Origin: Magallana gigas
Lineage: Eukaryota
Assembly (NCBI RefSeq): GCF_963853765.1
Contig: NC_088857.1
Location: forward strand, 3,596,001-3,660,000
Reading direction: 5' to 3'
DNA length: 64,000 bases
Made by a program: the position numbers and the translations under genes. Shown here in pieces: positions 34,211-51,800 of this stretch. Position 1 is the first letter of the stretch; each line of letters starts with the position of its first letter. The notes below the pieces were generated by a model. It made no database searches, was not told where the DNA came from, and saw only the letters and a list, made by a program, of their open reading frames with translations.

Positions 34211-34614
34211 CATAGGCGTCGGAACCGGGGGGGCTAGGGGGGGCTTAGCCCCCCCACTTTTTTTGCAAATTTATACCTTACCATTAGAAACATAGCATAA
34301 TAGAGGGTTCAGCCCCCCCACTTTTTCAGGCAGGAAAGATTATTGTTTCTAAATTTACCTTGAAGGATTGAAAAGTTGGATTCACAAGCATACTACTCCC
34401 CCCCCCCCCCCCCCCACGGATTAGGAATTTCATGATTTTTGGGGAAAAAAAATTTTGGGTAAGTAATTTTTTTTTTACGGAATTATAGGTATACTCCCCC
34501 CCCCCCCCCCCCCCCACGGATTAGGATTTCCATGATTTTGGGAATTACTTTTTTCTCAATATTTCAGAGGATTAGTCTAGCCCCCCCACTTTCAATTTGC
34601 TTCCGACGCCAGTG
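34211..34614. mobile_element. 404-bp MITE with CA...TG ends and a 5-bp TSD (CAATA)
   Basis: cataggcgtcggaa versus reverse complement cactggcgtcggaa; caata at 34206-34210 and 34615-34619; two internal tactc(c)n-acggattagga repeats. Confidence 0.7.
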
Positions 34615-35133
34615 CAATAGTACATACGTTGTTTTCGATTTGTTCTTACATGTATGCATGTTAAAATTGTGTGAATTATGTTGTGAAATAAATTCTCAAA
34701 TGTTTTATAGTTTTATAATTCATTACCATAAGAACCTTATTCACTTTAAACTTACTGGTTTATGATATTTTTTAAGCAAGATGATCAGGCCACATCTTTT
34801 ATATAAAACAGATCCCTACGTGCCTGCTCTGTGAACTTAATAATACAACGAAGAAGATATTAATATTTCGTCAGGTAGCATAGATTTGAATTCAGTCCAT
34901 TTCTAGATGCATCTAACTATATCTAGATATGCCATTTAGTGATGTACTTAATTTACAGGAAGCTGTTTTACACCGAAAATATTTACACTTTTCCAGTGTC
35001 TGTCTACGATAACACTACGCATCAATTTTGTACAAACCCACAACTTCAAATGACGTATATTTGGGGCGCCAGTGGGGTTTGCTTATTCTGTTTAAATATT
35101 TAATTGTACGATGGCTTAAAATTATATAAGTTA

Positions 35134-36553
35134 TAAGGAATTATTCTTTGAATATTATGAGCAGGGATGGGGTAATGGTAATTTGTAATGGTAATTGAGT
35201 GTAATTAATTTCAAATTTTGATGTAATTGGAAGTAATGTGTAATTGGCCACATTTTCAATTACATGTAATGGTAATTTAATTAATTACTTTAAAAAAAGG
35301 TATGTAATTCCAATTACTTTTCAATTACTTTCAATTACACACTGATGGACATATAAACATTAAGCTGTCCACTACCCCCACCCACACAATGGTACATTAG
35401 GTCAAGTTCGAAGAGTAGTTAAAAAGCATTGAACTATTATTATATATATCATACTAAATATTTTTCAAAATGGATTTTTTCAATGATTTAATATTTAATG
35501 ATAAGTTTCCCAAATGTATTTGATGATTTGTTTGATCTCTTTTTTCTTACAAATACTGATTTCCCTTCCTATTAGAATAATTAGTGTGTCAATTATCATT
35601 GAGTTAGTTTAAAACATCACTGTTTAATTTACAAACAAAATCAGTGTTATCGAAATTATATAAACTATCAAGTCATGCTTTGTAATTGATAGCCTAAAAT
35701 ACACAGAGCTAAAATGTATGGCTTCAAATGGGTTTAAGTTTTTGATGCCTAACATGTCCACAGGGTATGTTCCCTTATTGCTAACATTTTGATAATTAGG
35801 TAGAGAACAACAGGTGTGAATTGTGTTTTGATAACAATTATAGTCTGCCCTCTACCCAAGATTAACCTGTACTTTGGCATTGTATTTACAAAAGAAAAAA
35901 AATAGTGTATAAAAATGCAAAGGAGAAAGTTTTCATATAATAGTTTTGCATGCAAGAAATACTTTAGTTGAAGTTAAGGGATATGACTTTTATTTTTTAT
36001 TGTTTATTGAATATCAGGGTGCATGTATGGGACACCTCCATATTGTGACTACCAGTACCTGCGTTTTAAAATAATCAATAAAAACCAAATATATATTTTT
36101 TCTATCCAAAAATTGTAACTAATTATCAGAATAGTTAGCAAATTCTCAAACAGTGGAACTATTTTGATTATGAGGAAATTTTATTCATTTTATAGATATA
36201 CCTCCTTAAATGTTTATGTGTTGTATATAAATCATGGTTTTAGTAAATTTTGATGAAAATGTAATTTGTAATTTAATTAATTACATCTGCAAAGTAATTG
36301 TAATTTAATTAATTACATTTGAAAACTCTTGTAATGGTAATTTAATTGAAGAATTTAAGCAAGTAATTGTAATTTAATTAATTACTTTCCATTGTAATTG
36401 ACCCCATCCCTGATTATGAGGTGATAATTTTGGTCGAGGCGTGATCAAATCTATCATAAAGCCTGAAGGGCTTTATTGAATTTGTAATTATGGATCATGC
36501 CCCTACCAAAATTATCACCTCATAATACTCAAAGAATGATTCCTTCTTCCTTA
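35134..36553. mobile_element. Short palindromic MITE (~170 bp) split by a nested hAT-like insertion
   Basis: The left arm aaggaattattctttgaatattatgag[insert]gtgataattttgg is the inverted counterpart of ccaaaattatcacctcataatactcaaagaatgattcctt. Confidence 0.7.
35162..36412. mobile_element. 1251-bp non-autonomous hAT-like element (CAGGGATGGGGT TIRs, 8-bp TSD ATTATGAG)
   Basis: TSD at 35154-35161 and 36413-36420; cagggatggggt and accccatccctg ends; sub-terminal gtaatt/aattac repeats; no transposase ORF. Confidence 0.85.
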
Positions 36554-36743
36554 AATTATTACACTTGATATGTAATACAGTATTCCATTTGTTTTTTATG
36601 TAGTTTTTCAGCAATGTACACAGACTACAATAGATGTAGCAACTACTCTGTGGACATTTATTTTATTCGCTGCCTTGATGAGAATTCTTCACCAACTAAC
36701 AAGCAACTCTATACCGTGGTTTTTTTTCCTTTATTTTGTACAT

Positions 36744-41010
<4,267 letters not shown>

Positions 41011-41021
41011 ATTGTATTTGT

Positions 41022-41030
41022 AAAAGGAAG
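41022..41030 (-). promoter_or_regulatory. 5' terminal oligopyrimidine (TOP/TCT) start of RPL23
   Basis: Minus strand CTTCCTTTT, 12-20 nt upstream of the ATG; typical of ribosomal protein genes. Confidence 0.7.
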
Positions 41031-41072
41031 TTGCGCATGAACATGCGTTGTGAACACCCCGAGCCCGATGTA

Positions 41073-41074
<2 letters not shown>

Positions 41075-41112
<38 letters not shown>
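41075..41112. repeat. (CT)n microsatellite in the RPL23 promoter
   Basis: Direct reading of the sequence. Confidence 0.95.
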
Positions 41113-41117
<5 letters not shown>

Positions 41118-42384
41118 GAAATAAATATTGATATTTACATACGTTTAGAAACAAATGTTCTTAACCCTTACATTGTTAATAAATATAAATATGCAATAAT
41201 GCAATATTGCTTAACCCCAATGAGGAATGTCAGTAAAATAATTACAGATGTCATTAGTGTGATTGTTTTTGGCACTAATTTTGATATCTTCTCTTTTATT
41301 GCTGAATTTAACGATTTCCGAAGTTAAATTAAAAGAACCTGAGTATACGATTATATATGCTTGAGCCTTCTCCTTCCGCAACCATATATCTATATATGTG
41401 CGGTGTGAAACACCACATAACATTGAGTTGCAGTTTTCAAAATCTTCATCATGTAATATATGAGAGGCTCGACATTCACGTGGATGCACATGCACGTGGA
41501 TTTTTAACTTTTCTTTGTTTTTTAAAAGCTGTAAGATCAGTCTATATTCAATTTTAGATCACTTACATAATAAAATTGTTAATTCTATATAAACTAATTC
41601 TTTGTACAACCGTTGATAATAATTGAAATTAAGTTTCGTGGATTATTCCTGTTCAGACTGTTATTTAAAGACCATCGTCTTGCGGTACGATGAGACAAAC
41701 AATAATATTACCGGTTACAACTGCGTGAAATATTAATCAATTACCCTTTGAAACCATTGACAATTCGGAACGTTGTTGCAATTGTAGTCAAATTTAAAAA
41801 TCCACGCACTTTAAATTCTAAAAGAATAAGAATTCGATATCAACTTTCGTACTGTCTACATTCACTTATTATTGCTCGATAAACATTTTCCTAGTAAAAC
41901 CGACGACAAAGTTAATTTGTTTTTGAAGAACAACATATTTCAAATATCTCGCTTCGTTGTTCCTATTATAGATTAGAGAAATTAAGTTAATTAACTAATT
42001 ATCATGCACGGGTGAATATGTATATAATGTAAAAATGAACTCGTGACAGTGTATGAACTTACTGAACAATTAAAAGGAAACAATATTTCATGATTAGAAA
42101 TCCAGAAATAGCGTGTCCTGCTCAATTAAGTTCCTATTCTGACAGCATACATTCTCAGGTTACATGTACATAAACTTAATTATTCGTTAATTTGTACTGT
42201 ACATGTATGGGAAACAAATATTTTTCGTTAAGCAGTACTGTATATACATGTACATGTATATAGATCCAGAGACGTAAATAACATGGTGATATTTATGTCT
42301 CTGAAAGATACAATCGTTTTTGTTTTTGTTTTCCATTTCAGTTCCTTGATTGAAAGAGCTATATATTATTCGAAATGGATAAAC

Positions 42385-42397
42385 TCTTTCTCTCCCT

Positions 42398-42467
<70 letters not shown>
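42385..42467. repeat. (CT)n microsatellite in the RPL23-LASP divergent intergenic region
   Basis: Direct reading of the sequence. Confidence 0.95.
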
Positions 42468-42470
<3 letters not shown>

Positions 42471-43365
42471 CGGGTTGAGCAGAACCACTCCCACATAGAC
42501 TAGTTGTGTATATATTATGATTGGAAACACTCTGAAATACTCGAAGAGATTCATTTATATACTGTATAGGAAATTAGATAATTATATTAGATTCTTTAAA
42601 AATATTAACGCACGCATTGAAACTGTTTACACCATATATTGCCATTCAGCCAATAGCAATGCATTTTAATGAGGAGCGTATTAAATATTCTTTTTATATT
42701 TGAACAGAGCACAATGAAAGAAATTACAACCTTTTTTCATAATAACATTCGAGGCTTATCAAACTTTTAAAGTAATATCCACAATTTAAGTTCTTATACC
42801 TTGAAAAGGCACACGATCTTTTAGCATGTTTAATGCATTGTGTTGACAATCAGATTTTTTTAATTTAATTTGTTTCGTTTAATTGATAACATGTTCATTC
42901 TAAAAGCATGACATTTAATGTGATGCATTGCACGTATAATTGTTTTTGAGTTTTGAGACGATCCATACGGTGGTATTTTCTCTTGAGTTATCTATCTTGA
43001 ATTACCTACAGCGGGGAATTCTCGACAAATATTATTAAAACGATCACCCACAAACGGTTTTAAAATAATTTGATAGTTCATACTACTTACTCACATGGTA
43101 TTGAATATAAATTAAAAGAAATATTTTGTTTTAAACATCGCATACATCTGGTGAAAATAGCGACAGATTAAGTGTCTTTAACAATTTTTTTCTTGGCCAT
43201 ACACACCACATGCGTTCCATAGATCTTGACTCTGACATCACTTCCGCATTAGAAAAGGGCTTCAAGTATCTCATACCTATTTGGAAGTTGAAACTAGAGT
43301 ATCGTGTTTTGATTTCAATTTGAGTGATTTTAATTTATGTGATTACTTCAGTGGTGACATTCACA

Positions 43366-46300
43366 ATGAGCAAGAAGTGTGCAAAGTGCGAGAAGACAGT
43401 TTACCCCACGGAGGAACTGAAATGCCTGGACAAGGTCGGTAATTTGAATAATGGAGGCTTCTGTTGGAGGCTAATCCGTGCCCCCTCCTCTTGCTTCAGA
43501 TTATACAATATAAATACCCTCGATACGGATACTGAGATAGTAATAGGAAATAGTTTTATAAGCGATACAATTTGATTTGAGGTAGATATTGAATCTATCA
43601 TCTTTAGATGTACAGCTACTGTTGAAAAATGGGCGGGACCGATATTCAAACCTTGTTGCAACATCTCTAACTTTTGGCTTATGGACCTAGTGTTTTGATG
43701 TAATGATGTTTATCCTATTGAACAAATATGTGAAAACTATGTTAATGAACTAAATTCTTGTTTAACTAAAGTGAAAAGTTTCACTCAAGAAAATCAGGAT
43801 CATAGAACAATGTTTATTATTGATGTTCAGTCAAAACTGAGAGAATTGAATCAATTTTTAGGTAGGAAGATTACTAATTTTTGCAATATTTTACATGAAA
43901 TAAAAATGTTCATGTTTATTTATATTAAAATTAAGGTTTTTTTTGTTCAAATATATATTAAAGTTAGATAAAAGATGATTTTGTTTTGGAGGTAAATACA
44001 TATTACATAATAGGCTTCATTGGTTTTAGAGGTACACAAAACATACAAATTCTGGATTGTAGATAAATCATCTGTTCCGTCTTACATTGTAATATGTGGT
44101 TAGATAGGACTACTGTTATTACACTTGTATGTATAGGTACAGAACTGTGACTCATGTGTTGCCATTCTTTTACTCTGATTGTCCTACTGAAAAAATAAGG
44201 GGGAAACCAAGGCAAAATTCTCGGTTCATCTCATTGTACAAAAAGATTCTGCTAAAAGGATTGCCTCTTCAGACTTTGAATTCAGAGCCTTTTCTGTGGG
44301 GTTCTCATCAGCTTTGTTGGTAGATTTTGAAGTACATGCATTAATGTTCGTGTTGGTTCCTCAAGTCTTCTCAAGACTTAGAAGCACACACTTCTGTTGA
44401 ATGTGGTTTCTACAAAAGTGGAAAATGTTTTTTGTATACATCCCAGTGCCTGCTATATTTGGTTTGAAGGAAGTTGTTGAAATTTGCACAATGTAAGTTT
44501 ATGGAGTATTTCCCCAAATATAGAGATCTTCAATTCAGCATTAATTTGCTGTTAATATACAATACAAATACTCTGGTTATTGACTGCAGTTACAACCATG
44601 TCACTCATTGTACATATGTTCTGACACCCATTACCTGTAAAACATGCCATAGTAATTAGCATGTGTAACCTGTTTCTAATTAATGGGCATGACCTTAATT
44701 GGTGACACACATAAATTTCTTGATCAGTAATAACTGTCAGCATGGGCTCTACAAACAAAAATCTCACTGATCAGAATATTGATAAGCCCTCATTTGACCT
44801 ACAGCAGAGCCAAACGGTGATTGACTGATGAAGTGTGTCACGTCATGCATCACTGAGCACGGACTCGGTGGACTGTACCATCTGTTGACAAGTTTCTGAT
44901 AAAGTCGATGACTGGAGGGTCAGCTATGTGAACGTTTGTTGTGATAGTTGACAACTCCTTTGTTTTGGAATGTTTGCGAGGAAAACCAAAAATAAATATG
45001 GTGAATCAAGAATTCCAAATAGAAGACAGGTTATCCCTCCCCCTATGGAGGAGAGAGAATCCACACAACACTGCCATATTTACACAGCTATCTTATCTGC
45101 CAAGTATACAAATTTTATTGTTATCTCACTGCACGAAAATATGAGTGTAGATCTAGGAGTTTTAAATAGATAAGAGCAGGTACAAGAGCTGAATGCCCTG
45201 ATTTTTAATAATATGCATTTATGTCTCTGTGAAAGGTTAAGTCCCAATGTTTAATTCAACTTAATTCTGTGAACAGCAAGACTTATGCGCAAGGGTACTG
45301 TAACCACATGCTAAGTTAAATCTAAGTGTTGGTAAAGCTTTGAGTACATTATGGAGGACAGGTATTTTAAACAGGTGTAAATGATCTAAAGGACTCTGTC
45401 AGGTCGAGACAGGTGTTAAATGGAATCAGCTGCTGGGATCTTGTGGAATTTAATTGTAGCCATTGATTAAGAGTTGGCCTCATTTATATGCATGAGTAGC
45501 CATCATGTTTTACCTATTATGGTCATGGTGTGCAATGATTCATTTTGTTGATGCTTTAATTCAGGGGCTATTTCAAGACCCGTTAAAAAATGTCTTATAA
45601 TACAGATCATAGTCACCAGTATTGAAATGTTTTGAAAGAGTTGGTATTATTTAAATATTCAGATGAATTGTATTAAAAATGTTTAAAAAGGTATAACTGT
45701 GCAATTGTTGTTGGCTTCTACATGTTTCTGTACAGTGCTTGAAACAAATACAAAAACTAGGTGAAGGATTTAAGTAAGTACGCAAATTGTAGAACTGTAC
45801 ATCTCAAACGGTACTTCGCTCAGGAAGTGTTGATAGTTTTAGCTTTGTTACATCTTACATCCTAAGTATCCAAAGCAGCCAGGGGTGTTCTCAAAACCTG
45901 CTGCACAGAAGGCTGCCACTCAAACTTGGAACTCCGCCACAAAACAAAACAAAAAAACCCATCAGGAAACTGAAATGCATAATATGGAATGCATTATATG
46001 TTTCAGTCTGCAATGAACTTCTTGGTTTTAATTATAGTCAGGAGTGCACGATGTACCAGTCGTGCCCTGAAGTTTTACGTTAAGTTTATTGGAGAAGCGT
46101 GAAGTGTAGCGTAAATCATAGGGAAATACCATAAGTATTCTCTAAACATTTCAATATTTTAGTGATTATATTTAGACTACACGTGTAATATTGAGGTGTT
46201 GATTCTCAGGTGGTGGTAGTGTTTGTGTGTGTATAACCTATCCTTCACATCACAAAACATGTTCATCAAGTCACAGTATCAATAAATGTCCAGTCATGCT

Positions 46301-48805
46301 CGGTACAATGTTGACGGCAGATGATAGGCAATGCTTACTCCCTCACATTGGCAGTTTCAAACTCCTATGCGGGGAACCTGTCCAAGAAATCTGCGTAGTA
46401 CAGTTGTTTTGTGAAACATTGCAGACTGACAGACAGTCATGTTAACCGTTGTAATATTTAAGAATGACTAGTATTCATCTAGCGGCTGTACAGCATATAG
46501 ATTACGAGGTATAAAAAACACAGATTCCAGTTCGGAAGTGCTATCACAACATCCTCAGCTGGAGAGCTTGCCAGCGTGGTTCACGGGCATTGGGAGAAAT
46601 TCCTCCAGTTATCTTTCCCAATCACTGTTCATCAGACAATGAACCAAGGCCCACACTTGTTGAGAGTTACCAGTAAAGGTACTAGGGAGTGTATATATAT
46701 GACAGCCAGCGGGGGGATACATGATCTTGTTACACATAGAGATGAAGGGATCTGAAGTTGATATACTTGGTGTGATCAAGAATCATGTAAAATCAGATAT
46801 TCATATATTTTATATTTTAAGCGGTTGACATCTAAGGGTGAGATGGGCCCAGTCAATAATTATTGAGGATTGTAATCAGTATTTTCTGAGCTTATGATAA
46901 GCTACAATAACTATAACTGAAATGAATGTATGATTGTGGGTCTGTATTTGCCGGCCCTGGCTCTCAGTGTTTATATTGGAGGTATTTGTTTGGGGGAGTT
47001 TGTATTCACTGATCATACTTTCCCTGCTCTACTTCATCTCTCTAGTGTTTTATGAGATAATCAGGTGTTGTATCAGCAAGAGGCCAGCTACAAGCTTAGT
47101 GGCCAGTCTCCTTATCTCAGACAAAGACCACATCTCTTTTGTCAATTACTAATTGCTGGAATCATTGTCTGGGATTTTGAATCCCTCGTAATCGTAGAAT
47201 TCCTGACATTCTTCAGTGAGTAATCTACGTAGCAATCTTACAACCACTGCCAAAGTTAACCCAATCCTACAGACACTCAGAATCACAATTCTATTTCTAG
47301 ACTTACAGAATCACTAAAATTGAAATAAATTACAAAACCAAAAATGCGGGGGAGGGGGATGATGAAACAAAGATGTGTACATATCTACTTGTAATCAGCA
47401 TGATTATATATGGCCATTCCTCCAAGATAAGAATGCTTGTTTTTCTCATTTATATTTCTTGATCTGACCTTCTTGCTGTGTATGTTTCATTTTTGATAAT
47501 TTTTTTACTTTCAGTTTTGGCACAAAGCATGTTTCAAGTGCGATGTTTGCAACATGACCTTGAATATGAAAAACTACAAAGGCTACAACAAGATACCCTA
47601 CTGCAATGTGTAAGTCTACTGTCATAGTAATCCTACTGCAATGTGTAAGTCTATTGTCGTAGATTGGAGATTATGAAGTCGTAGATTGATACTACAGATT
47701 TCTTGCGTGTAAGTAACAAGTGCTTGCAATATCAAAGAGAGGCACAGATTTATCATACACAGAACAAGTCTTCATATCATTCAAGATCAAATGATCACCG
47801 GAACAATAAAAATGATATTGTCAATGAACTTTTAAAAAAATATCAAAAACTTACGGGGACTGAAAAAACCCATCATAATATTGATGTTATAAACAAATTC
47901 AAACATGAAGTTTTTCATTGAAAATATACTATACACAATATGAATGGTCTACTGTGTAGATATTGCAGATGATGCTGTGTCTGTTGTGTCAGTAATGTCA
48001 CAGCAACAGACACAGCATCGTCAGTAATGTCACAACAGACAAGGCATCTGATGCTGTGTCTGTTGTGATATTGACGATGCTGTGTCTGTTGTGACATTAC
48101 TGAGATGCTGTGTCTGTTGTGACATTACTGACGATGCTGTGTCTGTTGTGACGTTATTGACAATGCTGTGTCTGTTGTGACATTATTGATGGTGATGATG
48201 CTGTGTCTGTTGTGACATTACTGACGATGCCGTGTCTGTTGTGACATTACTGACAATGCTGTGTCTGTTGTGACATTATTTATGCTGTGTCTGTTGTGAC
48301 ATTACTGACGATGCCGTGTCTGTTGTGACATTACTGATGGTGATGATACTGTGTCTGTCGTGACATTATTGATGATGCTGTGTCTGTTGTGACATTATTG
48401 ATGGTGATGATGCTGTGTCTGTTGTGACATTATTGATGATGCTGTGTCTGTTGTGACATTATTGATGGTGATGATGCTGTGTCTGTTGTGACATTATTTA
48501 TGCTGTGTCTGTTGTGACATTACTGACGATGCTGTTTTTGTTGTGACATTATTGATGGTGATGATACTGTGTCTGTCGTGACATTATTGATGATGCTGTG
48601 TCTGTTGTGACATTATTGATGGTGATGATACTGTTTTTGTTGTGACATTATTGATGGTGATGATGCTGTGTCTGTTGTGACATTATTAACGATGCTGTGT
48701 CTGTTTTGTAGTCACTACCCCACCACCTCATTCACTGCTGTAGCTGACACACCGGAGAACCAGAGAATCAAACAGAACACCAAAGTACAGAGCAATGTGA
48801 GTATC

Positions 48806-48886
<81 letters not shown>

Positions 48887-51800
48887 AACATCACATTTCT
48901 GCCTGAAGACAAAGATAAATAGATGTACACAACTGATGTCAGCAGTTTGAACACAATCCCTGTAAGACATTCCAGATTGAGTCAGAGAGAATTGTTGTTT
49001 GTGGAGAGTTCTAGACTGTTTGTTTGTACAATTGTTATTGTACAAATTACCTTACCAAATCAGGAATAAGTTTTTTTTTACTAAAACTTGGATAATACAC
49101 ACTTTATTTAGCATTGGATTAAAAAACTGACAAAATTATAAGAAGTTTACCTAAGTTACATAATCTAAGAAATGAAACTATTCAAATCTTGAAGTGTAGG
49201 TCACATGTCCTGAATTACAAGATGAAACATTTGTTGATTTGTATGAATTTATTCCTGCCCATTCAGTAATCTATTTACAGACATTTAGTTGTAACTGTAA
49301 AATCAGAAATAACTTCCTGCCATGAGATGTGAGAGTTGGATAAAGTGCCTCACTTGTAGTTATATTTTCTTCATAACTGCCTACAAGTGTGTATATGAGT
49401 AAAGAAAGAAAAAGCAAGGAAGAAAGTCCCCTCAGCCAGTGATAAGTGAGCTAATGTAAACACTGCACAAAAAGAGGCAATAACCGGACAGAAATAATTA
49501 AACAACGCAGTTTGTATGTGCTCATTGTCACGATTATACGATATATGCTGCGCTATGCTGTTTGAGTGATCCAAGCAGCAGCCATTGTTGTCAAGAAAAA
49601 AATTGTGTACAAATGATTAAATAATTAATAAATATTTGTTCACATGACCAATACATGTATCAAAATAACATCAAAATAACCAAGACTAAGTAAAGAACCT
49701 GAGGTTCCTTAAGATCTGCGTAGAACAGATTTTTTCCCCTGAGCACAGAGAGATGCTAGTGATGTACACAGCGATGACCTAGCAGAACGTCTGCTTCAGA
49801 GGAAGTAGCTGATACATTGTTTAATTTACCATGCAGAGGGAAGCTCCTCTGCTACCAAGTTCAAGAAATGTAGATTATTAGAAGGTCTAGGATCCAAGGT
49901 TAGGGTTGAGTTGAGGCTAATGCTAGATTTAATTTTTATTAAAAATAATACCAAGCAGGGAAGGGGGAGGGGGTGTAACACTTGAAAGTTCATTAGCTAT
50001 TTTATCTTTTAAATATAAGGTTTTTTTCTGGAAAAACTGTACATCATAGATTATTTTTAGAAGCATGTGATTATTTTAACCTGACTAAAGATGATTGGTT
50101 TGGGTTGCAACCAAAGCTAACAGCAGGGCTCATAAGCATTCAACTTTTTCTGAAAGTTACCGCCAATGGCATAGGCCGCATCAGACTGATTCTTTTTATT
50201 AACCTTTATTGACTCCACACAGTTGGACAACATCAAGGAAGTCTGGTCACCGGTTTGTTTGTCTGTCTGTTTCTGTAATAATGTCATAGTTGGTATTCTG
50301 ACACAGGTCCAATACCACAGCGACTTTGAGAGACAGAAGGGATCGTACACACAAGTAGCGGACACCCCCGATATGTTACGTCACCAACAGAACACCAAGA
50401 ATATCAGTCTGGTATTGCTATACGTATCACTTGGCACGTGTAGTCAGAGTTAGCTCCCTTGTCCCCGCTCCATGTGAGGAGTTATGTGCCCCTGGATGTC
50501 AGTGTTGTAGAATTAACCACGGATCATGCCGAGAGTTATTGCAGTCATTGCTTTGCAGTTTAAGTTTGTTGATTAACTAATATTTTATTGCATGTACAGG
50601 CCACATGAACATGACATTAATTGCCCAGTATTCTGAGATTTTCCAGGATTTTATTGGTTTTATATTACATGTATTGATCATTCTGTCTTGGTACAGTTAC
50701 AGCTGGTATGAAACATGACCGTGTAACTTGATTGACAGAGGAACTTTTTACTTTATAATTTATTAATACCTAGACCCTGTCCCAGCATCAGTTCTGTTTA
50801 CAGTTTGTCCCAGTTCTGATTCCCTGGTTAATCCTGTCCTCACTCTAGTACCTGATTAGAGAACACTTGATTTATAATTGTATTGTAAATACAGAGTTAG
50901 TGGGTGTTACATATCCCAGTAAAAGTGGGGAGCAAACACCAGAAGGAAGTTTACACAGATACAGGGAAGCCATGCAGAAGACCGTCTATTTCCTTCCCAT
51001 GCTTCCTTTACTCACATTTGTAATATTATGCATATTTCAAAGTCTAGTTTCTGATTTCAAAGGTTATGAATCCTCATATTGACACAGAATTTTAATTCCT
51101 TAATCACAATGTTACAAAATCATGATTAAAATAGATCATTGTTCCATTGAGTAGGTTTTACTTGGTTTGTTTAAAACAGTAAATGATTATGAATTCAAAG
51201 AAACTTGATACAAAATCTTTTAAATAGTAGTCAGATTTCTGCATTTGGAGAATGACTGTATGTTTAATATTTCCCCAATACCATAGAACCTCATTTCTAC
51301 ATTGTACACCATCAGATTTAGTGCACTGGGTAGAATACCTACATACTACCTAGGACTACACTCCAGTTACCATGTCATGATGGCTACCAGCCATGTGTCT
51401 GCCATTATCTGAGAATTCTAATCCACTAACACAGCTGTATAAAGCATGAAGTTTCCAGATATTGACAGTGATGTTAAAGCTGCATGAAGCCACATGCATG
51501 TCACATCACTGTTTTAACTTAGAAAAGGATTTCTTGATTTGTGTACAGTTAATTAACATATGAGAGCGACACTGATAAATGAGATGAATTCGTGAGACAA
51601 TATCTCGAGATGTCTGTTTTTTAATGACAGATCGAGTATCATCGAAATTTTGAGGAGTCCAAATCGAGCTTCACCTGTGTTACGGATACCCCGGTCATGA
51701 AAACACAGCTTACCAATACCAAGAACGTCAGCTTGGTAAAGTCTCAGTGTGTTCAGCCTCGCCCCCCACCAGTGTGTTGGGCAGCCATTGTTATAAGTAC

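Noticed and set aside
42283-42554. (RE)n and (SL)n ORFs, also at 48668-49045
   Set aside because: Produced by CT/GA microsatellites.
46227-46680. GC-richer stretch in LASP intron 1 as a possible alternative first exon
   Set aside because: I could not build an ORF in phase with exon 2 or find a recognisable motif; it needs transcript data.
50867-51082. Possible additional nebulin exon (…RYREAMQKT…)
   Set aside because: No 105-nt AG/GT-bounded unit and no DTP or SxxxY pattern.
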